Positions 39,498-48,585 of a stretch of DNA of 64,000 nucleotides are shown piece by piece (position 1 is the stretch's first letter; each line of letters starts with the position of its first letter). Position numbers and translations under genes: made by a program. Source of the stretch: Lentzea sp. (GTDB lineage Bacteria > Actinomycetota > Actinomycetes > Mycobacteriales > Pseudonocardiaceae); assembly GCF_035525475.1 (NCBI RefSeq), contig NZ_DATLEC010000208.1, positions 14,442-78,441 of the forward strand, given 5' to 3'. A model generated the notes under the pieces. That model was given only the letters and a program-made list of their open reading frames with translations. It searched no databases and was not told the DNA's origin.

Positions 39498-40372
39498 TGC
39501 GCGTTGACGCGCGAGGTCTAACGGTTCGCTACGGCGATGTCACCGCCGTTGACGACATCAGCTTTTCGTTGGAGGGCAACAAGATCTACGGCCTGCTCGG
39601 CCGCAACGGCTCCGGCAAGACCAGCCTGATGTCGGCGCTCGCCGGCTACCGCAGGCCGGTCGGGACCGTGACGCTCGACGGCGTGCCGGTCTTCGAGAAC
39701 GCCGCCGCGATGCGCCAGGTCTGCCTGGTCCGGCACACCGCCGACGCCGCGGACAAGGGCGACAGGGTCTCCCACGTCCTCGAGTACGGCGCGGCGTGGC
39801 GCGACACGTGGGACAACGCGTACGCGCTGGAGCTGCTCGACCTGTTCAAGATCTTGTCCAAGGCCAAGGTCGGCGAGCTGTCACTGGGACAGCGGTCCGC
39901 GCTCGGTGTCGTGATCGGGCTCGCCAGCCGGTCGCCGCTGACGATGCTCGACGAGTCGCACCTCGGCATGGACACGCCCACGCGGTACGCGTTCTACGAC
40001 GCGCTGCTGGGCGACTTCATGGCCCACCCGCGCACGATCATGATCTCCACGCACCTCATCGAGGAGCTGGCCTCGCTGCTGGAGGAGGTTCTGATCATCG
40101 ACAGCGGACGGCTCGTGCTGCAGGAGGAGGCCGACGTGCTGCGCTCGCGCGGCACCGAGGTCACCGGGACCGCGCCGGACGTCGACGAGTTCACCGCCGG
40201 GCTGACCGTGCTGAGCGAGAAGTCGTTGGGGTGCACCAAGTCCGCGATGGTCTACGGCGCGCTGGACGACGCGCGGCTCGTCAGCGCACGCCGGCTCGGG
40301 CTGGAGCTCGGCCCGATCGCGTTGCAGGACCTGTTCGTCCACCTCACCGAACCCGTCGGGGGGAAGCGGTGA
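39497..40372 (+). CDS. ABC exporter ATP-binding protein
   Basis: GRNGSGKT, LSLGQ, LDESHLGMD, STH. Confidence 0.9.
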   Translation: MRVDARGLTVRYGDVTAVDDISFSLEGNKIYGLLGRNGSGKTSLMSALAGYRRPVGTVTLDGVPVFENAAAMRQVCLVRHTADAADKGDRVSHVLEYGAAWRDTWDNAYALELLDLFKILSKAKVGELSLGQRSALGVVIGLASRSPLTMLDESHLGMDTPTRYAFYDALLGDFMAHPRTIMISTHLIEELASLLEEVLIIDSGRLVLQEEADVLRSRGTEVTGTAPDVDEFTAGLTVLSEKSLGCTKSAMVYGALDDARLVSARRLGLELGPIALQDLFVHLTEPVGGKR

Positions 40373-41025
40373 AGACTTTCCCGCACCTGACCAAGATCCT
40401 CCTCTCGTTCTCCGCGATGGTCGCGGGAGGCGCGTTCGCGTTCGCCGTGGTGCTGACGTTCGTCGTCTCGTTCTTCCGCGACGTCGAGATCAGCGCGTGG
40501 AACGTCGTCGCCTCCCACGTCGCGCCGTGGTTCCTGCTGTTCGTCGGCGTCTACGCGATCCACAACGTGCTGCCGATCGCGGTCGCGCACGGCCGCACGC
40601 GCCGCGAGTTCCTCGTGGCGGCGTCCGGGCTTTCCGTGGCGCTGACGGTCGTGGCGACGGTTCTGGCGTGGCTCGGGTTCCTCGCCGAGGGCGCGATCTA
40701 CCCGCTCATGGACTGGAACGCCGACGACCGCGGCATGTTGTTCGCGCACCCCCTGATGTTCTTGGTGTGGTTCGTGACGGGCATGTTCTGCGCGGCGGCG
40801 TTCGCCAGGTTCGGGGCGGGCGGGGCCTTCGCGCTGCCGGTCGCGTTCGCGCTCATGACCGTCACGAGGGCCCAGATCCCGGGCACGGGCACCCTGCCGT
40901 TCGTCGCGAACGTCCCCGACCTGCTCGGGCCCGGATGGCACGCGGTGTCGGGCGCGGCGTTCGTGGTCGCACTGGCCGGGACGTGGGCGATCGCGCGGGA
41001 CATGCCGATCCGCATCAAAACCTAA
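40369..41025 (+). CDS. ABC exporter membrane protein
   Basis: About 6 hydrophobic segments, GRTRREF motif; GTGA coupling. Confidence 0.8.
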   Translation: MKTFPHLTKILLSFSAMVAGGAFAFAVVLTFVVSFFRDVEISAWNVVASHVAPWFLLFVGVYAIHNVLPIAVAHGRTRREFLVAASGLSVALTVVATVLAWLGFLAEGAIYPLMDWNADDRGMLFAHPLMFLVWFVTGMFCAAAFARFGAGGAFALPVAFALMTVTRAQIPGTGTLPFVANVPDLLGPGWHAVSGAAFVVALAGTWAIARDMPIRIKT

Positions 41026-42002
41026 CCGCTGTCGCGCACCACGAGCGACGGCTCGAAGATCACGGACGTGACGGGCGCCCGGTCGTCGGTGATCTGGCGC
41101 AGGAGCTGGCGGGCCATCTCCGCGGCCATGTCGGCGATCGGCTGCCGGACCGTCGTCAGCTCGGGTTCGCACGTCAGCGCGGCGGTGCTGTCGTCGAACC
41201 CGACGATCGCCACGTCGTCGGGCACCTTGCGGCCGTGGCGGTGCAGCACGGGGATCGCGCCGTTGGCCATGAGGTCCGACGCGATGAACACGCCGTCGAC
41301 GTCGGGGCAGAGCTTGACGAGCTGTTCCATCGCGGCCACACCGGACTGCCGCGTGAAGTCGCCGTGGACGACCCACGCGTCGGGCACCTCGGCGAGGAAA
41401 CCCTGGAGCCGGTCCTGGCCCGCCGGGGTGTCCTGCGGGCCGGTGATCGTGGCGATGCGGCGCCGTCCGAGCTCCTTCAGGCGGCGCCCGGCCAGTGCTG
41501 CGCCCGCCGTCTGGTTCACGTCGACGTACGTGATCGGCATCGGCTTGAGCGGACGCCCCGCCAGGACCGCCGGGTGCCCGGCCGCGATCAGCTGGCCGGG
41601 CACGGGGTCCGCCGGGTCGGTGTGCACGAGGATCACGCCGTCGAGCCGTCCGCACCGCAGGTCGCTCAGGGCCTGCTCGCGGGTGCCGGGGCCGGTCATC
41701 ATCAGCACGAGCTGGACGCCCAGCGGCCGGACGACCCTCGTCACGCCGCTGACCACGCTCGCCAGGTGCGGATCGCCGAGCATGCGCCGTTCGTCCGGCA
41801 GCACCAGCCCGATCGCGTCGGCCCGGCGGGTGACGAGCGAGCGCGCGGCGATGTTCGGCAGGTATCCGGTGGTGGAGATGGCCTTCTCGACGGCGTGCCG
41901 GAGCGACTCGTCGACGGTGGCGGCGCCGTTGACCACCCGTGACGCGGTCGCGCGGGACACCCCGGCGACGCGGGCCACCTCCTCCAGCGTCACGCGCTTC
42001 AC
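41022..42002 (-). CDS. LacI-family transcriptional regulator (CelR/CebR-like)
   Basis: VTLEEVARVAGVSRATASRVVNG, ARSLVTRR, VGFDDS, LTTVRQP, LVVRDS. Confidence 0.93.
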   Translation of the reverse strand: MKRVTLEEVARVAGVSRATASRVVNGAATVDESLRHAVEKAISTTGYLPNIAARSLVTRRADAIGLVLPDERRMLGDPHLASVVSGVTRVVRPLGVQLVLMMTGPGTREQALSDLRCGRLDGVILVHTDPADPVPGQLIAAGHPAVLAGRPLKPMPITYVDVNQTAGAALAGRRLKELGRRRIATITGPQDTPAGQDRLQGFLAEVPDAWVVHGDFTRQSGVAAMEQLVKLCPDVDGVFIASDLMANGAIPVLHRHGRKVPDDVAIVGFDDSTAALTCEPELTTVRQPIADMAAEMARQLLRQITDDRAPVTSVIFEPSLVVRDSG

Positions 42003-42493
42003 CCCGCCGCCAGTTCCGCCGTGCGGTGGCGTTCCATCAGCTTGACCACCTCGGCGGTGGGAGGGTGGGTGATCGCGGATCCCGCCGAGCGCAGGACTTC
42101 CAGCGACTCGGTGAGGTGCGCGTGGACGAACTGCCTCAGCGCGTCCGGGCTCGTCGCGGCCAGCTCGATCTCCGCATCCGTGGGCATGCCCGGCATGTCG
42201 TGCCCGGCGTGGTTGTCGACGTACGGCGCGTCGAGCAGCTTCCTCAGCTCCGCGAGCTCGGTGGTGCGGTTCTGCTTGAGCTCTGCTCGATCGGTGAGGC
42301 CGACCAGCTTGAGAGCCTGCTCGTCGGTGGCGATGGCCAGTTCCACGAACGCCCGTTCCGTTGTGCCGTAACCGTTCTGCGATGTCGTCGGTGGTGCCTG
42401 GGGTGCCGGCTGGGGAGGTGGAGCCTGCTGGCAGGCCGCGAGAAGGCCTGCCAGCAGGAGCACTGTCAGCCGTGGTTGCCGGCGTGATCGCAC
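41999..42493 (-). CDS. DUF305-like lipoprotein
   Basis: Lipobox LAAC, helical ferritin-like pattern, HAGHDMPGMPT. Confidence 0.7.
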   Translation of the reverse strand: MRSRRQPRLTVLLLAGLLAACQQAPPPQPAPQAPPTTSQNGYGTTERAFVELAIATDEQALKLVGLTDRAELKQNRTTELAELRKLLDAPYVDNHAGHDMPGMPTDAEIELAATSPDALRQFVHAHLTESLEVLRSAGSAITHPPTAEVVKLMERHRTAELAAG

Positions 42494-43302
42494 TTCAGCA
42501 CCACGTTGATGCAGTTGCGGACGCGGCGTTCCATCTCGCCCCGCGGCCACACGTTGAAGAAGTCGCCGTGCATGGTCTGTCCTGTGCCGGACGCCAGTCT
42601 GAGACCGGCCGGGTTGCCGCTGACCGGGTACCGCAGCACCATGCGGAGCTTCGGCACCGGGACGGGGTGGGTCGACGGGCAGCCGCCCGCGACCGGGTAG
42701 GACAGGTGGGACTTGTGGTCGGACGAGTCGAGGTCCCTGCCGTTCCAGCACTGCGGGAAGTCCAGGTAGGTCTCGAGCATCGTGCCGGCCGGGCACTCCA
42801 CGAAGTTCTTGGACGGGTTGACGTGCCCGGCGTGCAGGCAGGACCAGCGCGCGATGCTGTCGGCATCGCCCGTGGCCTTCGCGTTGCCCGCCACGATCTT
42901 CAGCCCGTACGGCATGGGCTGGATCGCCGCCGGGTTGTTCACGCCTTCACCGAGGTAGTAGAAGGTGACGCCGGTGGGGGCGATCGCGGTGTTGTCGCGG
43001 TACAGCGTGGGCACCCAGTACGACGAGATGTCCGCGACCGGGTTGCAGTTGCCCGTCTGCCCTTCCAGCGACTGCTGGGTCGAACGGGCGGTGGTCGAGT
43101 GGTTTCCGAAGAAGTCGTGCGAGTGGGAGGCGCCCGGCAGGTTCGGCAGGACGATCGGGTCGTCCGGCAGCCGGTGGCTGATCGGGCACTCCGCGAGGAA
43201 CTCGGCGACGCGCACCGGTTCTCCCTGTGCGGCAACGGGAATGCTCAGCACCCCCGCGGCCAGGGCGAGGACGGTCGCCAGGTGGAACAAGGGCTTCTTC
43301 AT
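42466..43302 (-). CDS. Secreted DUF1996 domain protein
   Basis: Signal peptide; DPIV.P, SHSHDFFGN, DISSYWVPTL, FPQCWNG, MHGDFFNVW. Confidence 0.88.
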   Translation of the reverse strand: MKKPLFHLATVLALAAGVLSIPVAAQGEPVRVAEFLAECPISHRLPDDPIVLPNLPGASHSHDFFGNHSTTARSTQQSLEGQTGNCNPVADISSYWVPTLYRDNTAIAPTGVTFYYLGEGVNNPAAIQPMPYGLKIVAGNAKATGDADSIARWSCLHAGHVNPSKNFVECPAGTMLETYLDFPQCWNGRDLDSSDHKSHLSYPVAGGCPSTHPVPVPKLRMVLRYPVSGNPAGLRLASGTGQTMHGDFFNVWPRGEMERRVRNCINVVLKCDHAGNHG

Positions 43303-43330
43303 TGAAGCTTCCTCTCCGCAGCAGGATTGG

Positions 43331-43342
43331 GAGAGCGCTCTC
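43331..43342. promoter_or_regulatory. LacI-type operator GAGAGCGCTCTC
   Basis: Perfect palindrome 28 nt upstream of the DUF1996 start. Confidence 0.78.
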
Positions 43343-43463
43343 ACGCTCATCGAGCATGGCGCAGGTCGTTACGAGGCGTCAATCCGCAAGAAACGTTCAG
43401 AAGTCCCGGTTTTCTTGACACCGCATGCCCGTTGCCCTGACTCTCGGCTTCGAACTCCTGTCG

Positions 43464-43479
43464 GAGAGAGCGCTCTCTC
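43464..43479. promoter_or_regulatory. LacI-type operator GAGAGAGCGCTCTCTC
   Basis: Perfect 16-bp palindrome between TTGACA (43415) and the GH16 start. Confidence 0.8.
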
Positions 43480-43515
43480 ACACTCGTCGCCCGTTCTCCG
43501 GCCCCAGGAGCACCC

Positions 43516-45225
43516 ATGTCAGGAAGGCTTCAACGCGGAAGACTCCCACTCCTCGTCGCGGCGGCTCTCGTAGCCGCCACGATCACACCGGCGGCGCACG
43601 CCGCCGGTCCGCTGCTCTCCCAGAACCGCCCGGTCACGGCGTCCAGCAGTGAGAACGCCGTGTTCGCCGCGACGGCCGCGGTCGACGGCGACCTGGGCAC
43701 CCGCTGGTCCAGCACGTTCAGCGACCCGCAGTGGATCCAGATCGACCTCGGCTCGTCCGCGAAGGTCGACCAGGTGACGCTGTCCTGGGAGGCGGCGAGC
43801 GCCAGGGCGTACACGCTCAGCATCTCCGCGGACGGCACCAGCTGGCAGGAACTTCGTCGAACGACGACCGGCCCCGGCGGGACCGAGACGCTCGCGGTCA
43901 GCGGCACCGGCCGGTACGTGCGGCTCGACCTCACCCAGCGCGCCACGCAGTACGGCTACTCGCTGTGGGAGTTCCAGGTGTTCGGCAACCGCGACACCGG
44001 AGGCGGCGGGGAAACGCTGCTGTCCTACGGGAAGAGCGGTACGGCGTCGACCTTCCAGGACGACGCGAACTGCGGCCAGTGCAACCCGGCCAAGGCGTTC
44101 GACCGCGACCCGGCCACCCGCTGGGCCACGAGCCCGACCAACGGCTGGGTCGACCCCGGCTGGATCTCCGTCGACCTCGGCGCCAGGGCCACGATCTCCA
44201 AGGTCGTCCTGCAGTGGGACCCGGCGTTCGCCACGGCGTACCGACTGGAGGTCTCGGACGACAACGCGAACTGGCGGCAGATCTACTCCACGACGACCGG
44301 TCGCGGGTTCAAGGAGACGCTGGCGGTCAGCGGCACCGGCCGGTACGTGCGGATGTACGGCACGGCCAGGTCGAACGGCTACGGCTACTCGTTGTGGGAG
44401 TTCCAGGTCTACGGCACGGGCGGTGCTCCCACCACGCCTCCGCCGCTGCCGCCGAACCCGACGTTCCCGGGACGTCTGGTGTGGTCGGACGAGTTCAACG
44501 CGCCCGCGGGCACCGGGCCGGACGGCTCGAAGTGGCAGCCGGAGGTCGGGCCGGGCGTGAACAACGAGCTGCAGTACTACACGAACAACAACAACGCCCG
44601 GCACGACGGCAACGGCAACCTGGTGTTGCAGGCACGCCGTGAGGTCACGCCAGGAAGCGCCTGCCCGGTGGACCCGGTCAGCGGCAGCGGGACCTGCCAG
44701 TACACGTCGGCGCGGCTGAACACGTACGGCAAGTTCAGCTTCACCTACGGCCGGGTCGAGGCGCGCATCAAGGTGTCGTCGACGCAGGGGTTGTGGCCCG
44801 CGTTCTGGATGCTGGGCGCGGACTTCTTCGACCAGCGCAGGCCGTGGCCCTACACCGGCGAGATCGACATCATGGAGCACGTCGGCAAGGAGCCGAACAC
44901 GGTCTACTCGACGTTGCACGCGCCGCAGTACTTCGGCGCGGGCGGCTACGGTTCGCCGCTCAACCTCGGCCAGCCCGCGTCGTCGGCGTTCCGGACCTTC
45001 GCGGTCGAGTGGGACTCCAGCCACATGACGTTCAGCGTGGACGGCAACAGGTTCTTCACCGTCGACAGGAACGTGCTGGAGACCACCCGCGGGCCGTGGG
45101 TCTTCGACCACCCGTTCTTCATCATCATCAACAACGCGGTGGGCGGTGACTGGCCCGGCCCGCCGGGGGCCGGGACGCAGCTGCCGCAGGACATGGTGCT
45201 GGACTACGTCAGGGTGTACCAGTGA
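43516..45225 (+). CDS. Secreted GH16 laminarinase-like beta-1,3-glucanase with two F5/8-C (CBM32) domains
   Basis: Two discoidin repeats (AVDGD..TRWSS, GYSLWEFQVY/FG), WSDEF, WPAFWMLG, EIDIME. Confidence 0.92.
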   Translation: MSGRLQRGRLPLLVAAALVAATITPAAHAAGPLLSQNRPVTASSSENAVFAATAAVDGDLGTRWSSTFSDPQWIQIDLGSSAKVDQVTLSWEAASARAYTLSISADGTSWQELRRTTTGPGGTETLAVSGTGRYVRLDLTQRATQYGYSLWEFQVFGNRDTGGGGETLLSYGKSGTASTFQDDANCGQCNPAKAFDRDPATRWATSPTNGWVDPGWISVDLGARATISKVVLQWDPAFATAYRLEVSDDNANWRQIYSTTTGRGFKETLAVSGTGRYVRMYGTARSNGYGYSLWEFQVYGTGGAPTTPPPLPPNPTFPGRLVWSDEFNAPAGTGPDGSKWQPEVGPGVNNELQYYTNNNNARHDGNGNLVLQARREVTPGSACPVDPVSGSGTCQYTSARLNTYGKFSFTYGRVEARIKVSSTQGLWPAFWMLGADFFDQRRPWPYTGEIDIMEHVGKEPNTVYSTLHAPQYFGAGGYGSPLNLGQPASSAFRTFAVEWDSSHMTFSVDGNRFFTVDRNVLETTRGPWVFDHPFFIIINNAVGGDWPGPPGAGTQLPQDMVLDYVRVYQ

Positions 45226-47146
45226 CCTGCCCGGAAGAGATGGCACCGCTCGCCGGCGGTGAGACGTCGAACGCCTCGCTGACGGCCTCGACCTCGATCA
45301 GCGCGGTCTCGCCGTTCGCCAGCGGGATCGCGGGCACGAAGTACGCGTCGTTCGCCGTGCCGCCCAGGAAGATCCGCTCGGTGCCGGTCTTGTAGACCCG
45401 GTACTGCCGGACCGCTCCCGGTGGACGAGTCCAGGTGAGCCGTGCCGACACCGTCGAGGCGTCGGTGCGGCTCACCTGCTCGACCCGCACGTCCGACGGT
45501 GCCGCCGGCGGCGTCATGACCGGGTTCGTGACGCCGATCCGGCCGATCAGCGCGGTGACCGCCGCGCCGGGCAGCACCCGCAGCGAGATCTCCGTGAGCG
45601 TCGTCCCGGAGTGCTCGCCGAGCGGGAACACGCTGCGCCGCCATGCCCCGCTGACGCCACCGAGGTCCAGGACCTTCTCGGTGGCGCCGAACCGCAGCAC
45701 CGCCTGCAGCCGCGACGGCCCGGAACCGGTGCGGTGGACGATCTCGAACTGGCTCGCGCCGGTGATCGGCAACGACGTCGCGAACAGCCGGACGTCGTTG
45801 GCCTGCTGCGGAGTGCCGGTGATCTTCAGCGCGGTGCCGCCGTCGTACGGGTCGTCCCAGTCGAGTGACGGCGTGACCTTGGTGCCGGTCCCGGTGACGC
45901 TCCAGCGCCACGTGGGCAGGACGTCCTGCAGCGACAGGTTGTTCCACGGCCGGGTCGCGCGCACGGTGCCGTTGACCGCGAACTTCTTGCCGTGACCGGT
46001 GTTGAAGTTCGTGACGAACGGCAGCGAGGTGATCGGCGTCAGCTCGGTGATGTAGTGGGCGATGCCCTTCCAGCTCGCCGTCGTCGTGGTGTTCGCCGGG
46101 TCGCCGTTCTGGCCGACCCAGAACCTGTTGTCCCGCGCGTAGAAGTCGGCGGGACCGGTCGACGACTTGAACGTCCACTCCGGACGGTAGAAGCCGAGTG
46201 ACGTCGTGTGCGGCTTGCCCTCGGGGAAGACGGAGGCCCAGCCGACGCTCGTGTTGTAGCCGCTGGACTCCACGTCCACACCGGACGCCAGGTCGTACGG
46301 GCTGCGGCCCATCTGCCGCGCGAGGGCCGCCGAGCTCGCGAGTCCCTGCGTGCTCCACCAGAAGTTCAGGAACATCTCGTCGGACTGCTCGAAGAACGTC
46401 CGGTTCCGCGCGGTGAGGGCGTTCTGCCAGCTGACGCTTCCGGTGTCGGTCATAGCGTCGTACCAGATGATCCGCAGCCCGCTCTTGCGGAGGTAGACGA
46501 TGAAGTCGCGCATGTCGTTCGCGAGCTGGGTGTTGCCGCCGGCGGTCTCCTGGTTGAGGAACCAGCCGTCGAAGCCGTGGTGGCGTGCGACCTGGACCAT
46601 CTTGTCGGCCACCGGGAACCTGTCGCCCTCGCGCCTCACGAAGTCGCGGACCCACTGGATCTGGCCGCCGTACGCGGTCGGTGGGAGGAACACGTTGCCG
46701 ATGACGCGCACGCCGTTGCGGTGCGCGGCGTCGGTGACGGTCGGGTTCGGTGCGAGGATCAGGCCCTCGGAGGCGGAACCGCCCCAGAACACCAGCTCGT
46801 CGATGTACTGCCAGTAGTTCGTGGCGTAGTAGTGCATGTCGAGCGAACCCTGCGACGGATTGTTGCTCGTCGGCGCGTACGCCACCAACGCCTGCACGCG
46901 CGCTTCGCCAGAGTGGGCGTGTGCATTGGCCGGTCTCGCGGGGACGACGCGCCTCGCGAGCGGCACGGTGCTGCGGTTGTACTTCGCATCCCGGTCGGTC
47001 GACGGATCCCAGTCGAGGATCGTGGCCGGGTGCCAGTACGACGCATAGGGCTGCGCGGTGTCGGCGGCGGACGCGGGAGTCTCGGACAGCAGACCGGTGA
47101 GCGCTGCTGTGGAGCTCAGAACGAGGAACTGTCTCCGAGTGGGCAC
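45209..47146 (-). CDS. Tat-exported endo-beta-N-acetylglucosaminidase (GH85)
   Basis: TRRQFL Tat motif; YWQYID..VFW, DAAHRNGV, GFDGWFLNQET (NxE), WYDAM, PFVTNFNTGHG. Confidence 0.9.
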   Translation of the reverse strand: MPTRRQFLVLSSTAALTGLLSETPASAADTAQPYASYWHPATILDWDPSTDRDAKYNRSTVPLARRVVPARPANAHAHSGEARVQALVAYAPTSNNPSQGSLDMHYYATNYWQYIDELVFWGGSASEGLILAPNPTVTDAAHRNGVRVIGNVFLPPTAYGGQIQWVRDFVRREGDRFPVADKMVQVARHHGFDGWFLNQETAGGNTQLANDMRDFIVYLRKSGLRIIWYDAMTDTGSVSWQNALTARNRTFFEQSDEMFLNFWWSTQGLASSAALARQMGRSPYDLASGVDVESSGYNTSVGWASVFPEGKPHTTSLGFYRPEWTFKSSTGPADFYARDNRFWVGQNGDPANTTTTASWKGIAHYITELTPITSLPFVTNFNTGHGKKFAVNGTVRATRPWNNLSLQDVLPTWRWSVTGTGTKVTPSLDWDDPYDGGTALKITGTPQQANDVRLFATSLPITGASQFEIVHRTGSGPSRLQAVLRFGATEKVLDLGGVSGAWRRSVFPLGEHSGTTLTEISLRVLPGAAVTALIGRIGVTNPVMTPPAAPSDVRVEQVSRTDASTVSARLTWTRPPGAVRQYRVYKTGTERIFLGGTANDAYFVPAIPLANGETALIEVEAVSEAFDVSPPASGAISSGQVTGTP

Positions 47147-47421
47147 GTGATCACCCTTGTGCGCCACCCGATTGGCCGCATACCGCCGCTGCGGTGACCG
47201 ACAAGACGACAATGCCGGACTCTGCTGCTCTCGGTAACCGGACCTCGTTCGACTCGAATCGACTCCGGCCGTTCGACGGCTGTGCACGTCACGGCCAGGC
47301 GCGGTACGCCGAAATGTCCCGTTAACCATCCGAGTGGCCGAACCCCTCGTGGCTACCGGGCGGTAGCGTGAGCGCCGCCGTCGCTTTTGGTTCCCCTGCA
47401 ACCAATCGAGGTGTCACCGTC

Positions 47422-48261
47422 GTGCGCATCAAAGCAGTGCTTGCGGCGCTCATCCTGGCGCTGATCCCAGCCACCACACCGGCCACCGCCACCGCGGCGG
47501 CCAACCCCTACGAACGCGGCCCCGCACCCACGGCCACTTCCGTCGAAGCCTCCCGAGGCACCTTCGCCGTCACGTCCACGGCCGTCGCCCGCCAGTCGAC
47601 CTTCGGCGGCGGCACGGTCTACACGCCCACCAGCGACCTCACGTTCGGCGCGGTCGCGATCTCACCCGGCTTCACCGCCACCCAGACCTCCGTCGCGCAC
47701 TTCGGCCCGCGGCTCGCGTCCTACGGGTTCGTGGTGATCACCATCAACACCCTGTCCACCCTCGACGACCCGGACAGCCGCGGCCGCCAGCTCCTGGCCG
47801 CACTGGACTACGTCGTGCGCACCAACCCGCGCGTCGACGCCTCACGCCTCTCCGTGATGGGTCACTCCATGGGCGGTGGGGGAGCGTTGCGCGCCTCCGC
47901 GACCCGTCCCGCCCTGCAGGCATCGATCCCGATGGCCGGCTGGCACACCACGAAGAACTGGTCGACGGTCCAGGTGCCGACCCTGGTGCTCGGCGGCCAG
48001 AACGACCCCACCGCCCCGAACTCGCAGCACTCCACGCCGTTCTACAACTCCATCACGGCGGCGCCCGACAAGGCGTTCCTGGAGCTGCGCGGCGGCGACC
48101 ACTCGGATCCGCGCGCCGACAACGTGACGGTGCGCAAGTACACGCTGTCGTGGCTCAAGCGGTTCGTCGACGACGACCTGCGGTACGACCAGTTCCTGTG
48201 TCCGGCTCCTGCGCCGAACACGCTCATCTCGGCGTACCGGGACACCTGCCCGCACGCCTGA
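47422..48261 (+). CDS. Secreted cutinase/polyester hydrolase (PETase-like alpha/beta hydrolase)
   Basis: ANPYERGPAPT, SPGFT, GHSMGGGG, catalytic D and H, C-terminal Cys pair (FLCP...TCP). Confidence 0.92.
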   Translation: MRIKAVLAALILALIPATTPATATAAANPYERGPAPTATSVEASRGTFAVTSTAVARQSTFGGGTVYTPTSDLTFGAVAISPGFTATQTSVAHFGPRLASYGFVVITINTLSTLDDPDSRGRQLLAALDYVVRTNPRVDASRLSVMGHSMGGGGALRASATRPALQASIPMAGWHTTKNWSTVQVPTLVLGGQNDPTAPNSQHSTPFYNSITAAPDKAFLELRGGDHSDPRADNVTVRKYTLSWLKRFVDDDLRYDQFLCPAPAPNTLISAYRDTCPHA

Positions 48262-48493
48262 CCCCCTGACGGGGTGCTGCGCCGGTTCAGCGACGGCCCG
48301 GCGCGGCCCCTCGCTCACCCGAGGATTCCGCGCACCTCCTCCACCGAGGCGTCGACCGCCCCTGCGTCCAAGGTCGCCCCGCTGACGTGGGGGAGGTGCA
48401 CGAGCATGACCGCGTCGAGGCTGCCCGACTCCGGGCGGACAGGTCGGCGAAGAACTCACCGAGGCGCTGGAAGAGGTGCGTGCGGTCCTCGCG

Positions 48494-48532
48494 AAAAGGG
48501 CCGCCTACCGTCCAGGAGACGGTCGGCGGCCC
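48494..48532 (-). terminator. Intrinsic terminator of the ABC permease operon
   Basis: GGGCCGCC.ACCGTC/GACGGT.GGCGGCCC stem with TTTT on the minus strand. Confidence 0.7.
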
Positions 48533-48585
48533 CGCTTGCTCAGCGTGATCCAGTTCCCCGTTGGAGAGGAACGCTCAGGAGAGGA

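Noticed and set aside
48313-48460. Coding-like minus-strand fragment (..SLDAVMLVHLPHV..VEEVRGILG*)
   Set aside because: No start, SD or recognisable family; possibly a remnant but unsupported.
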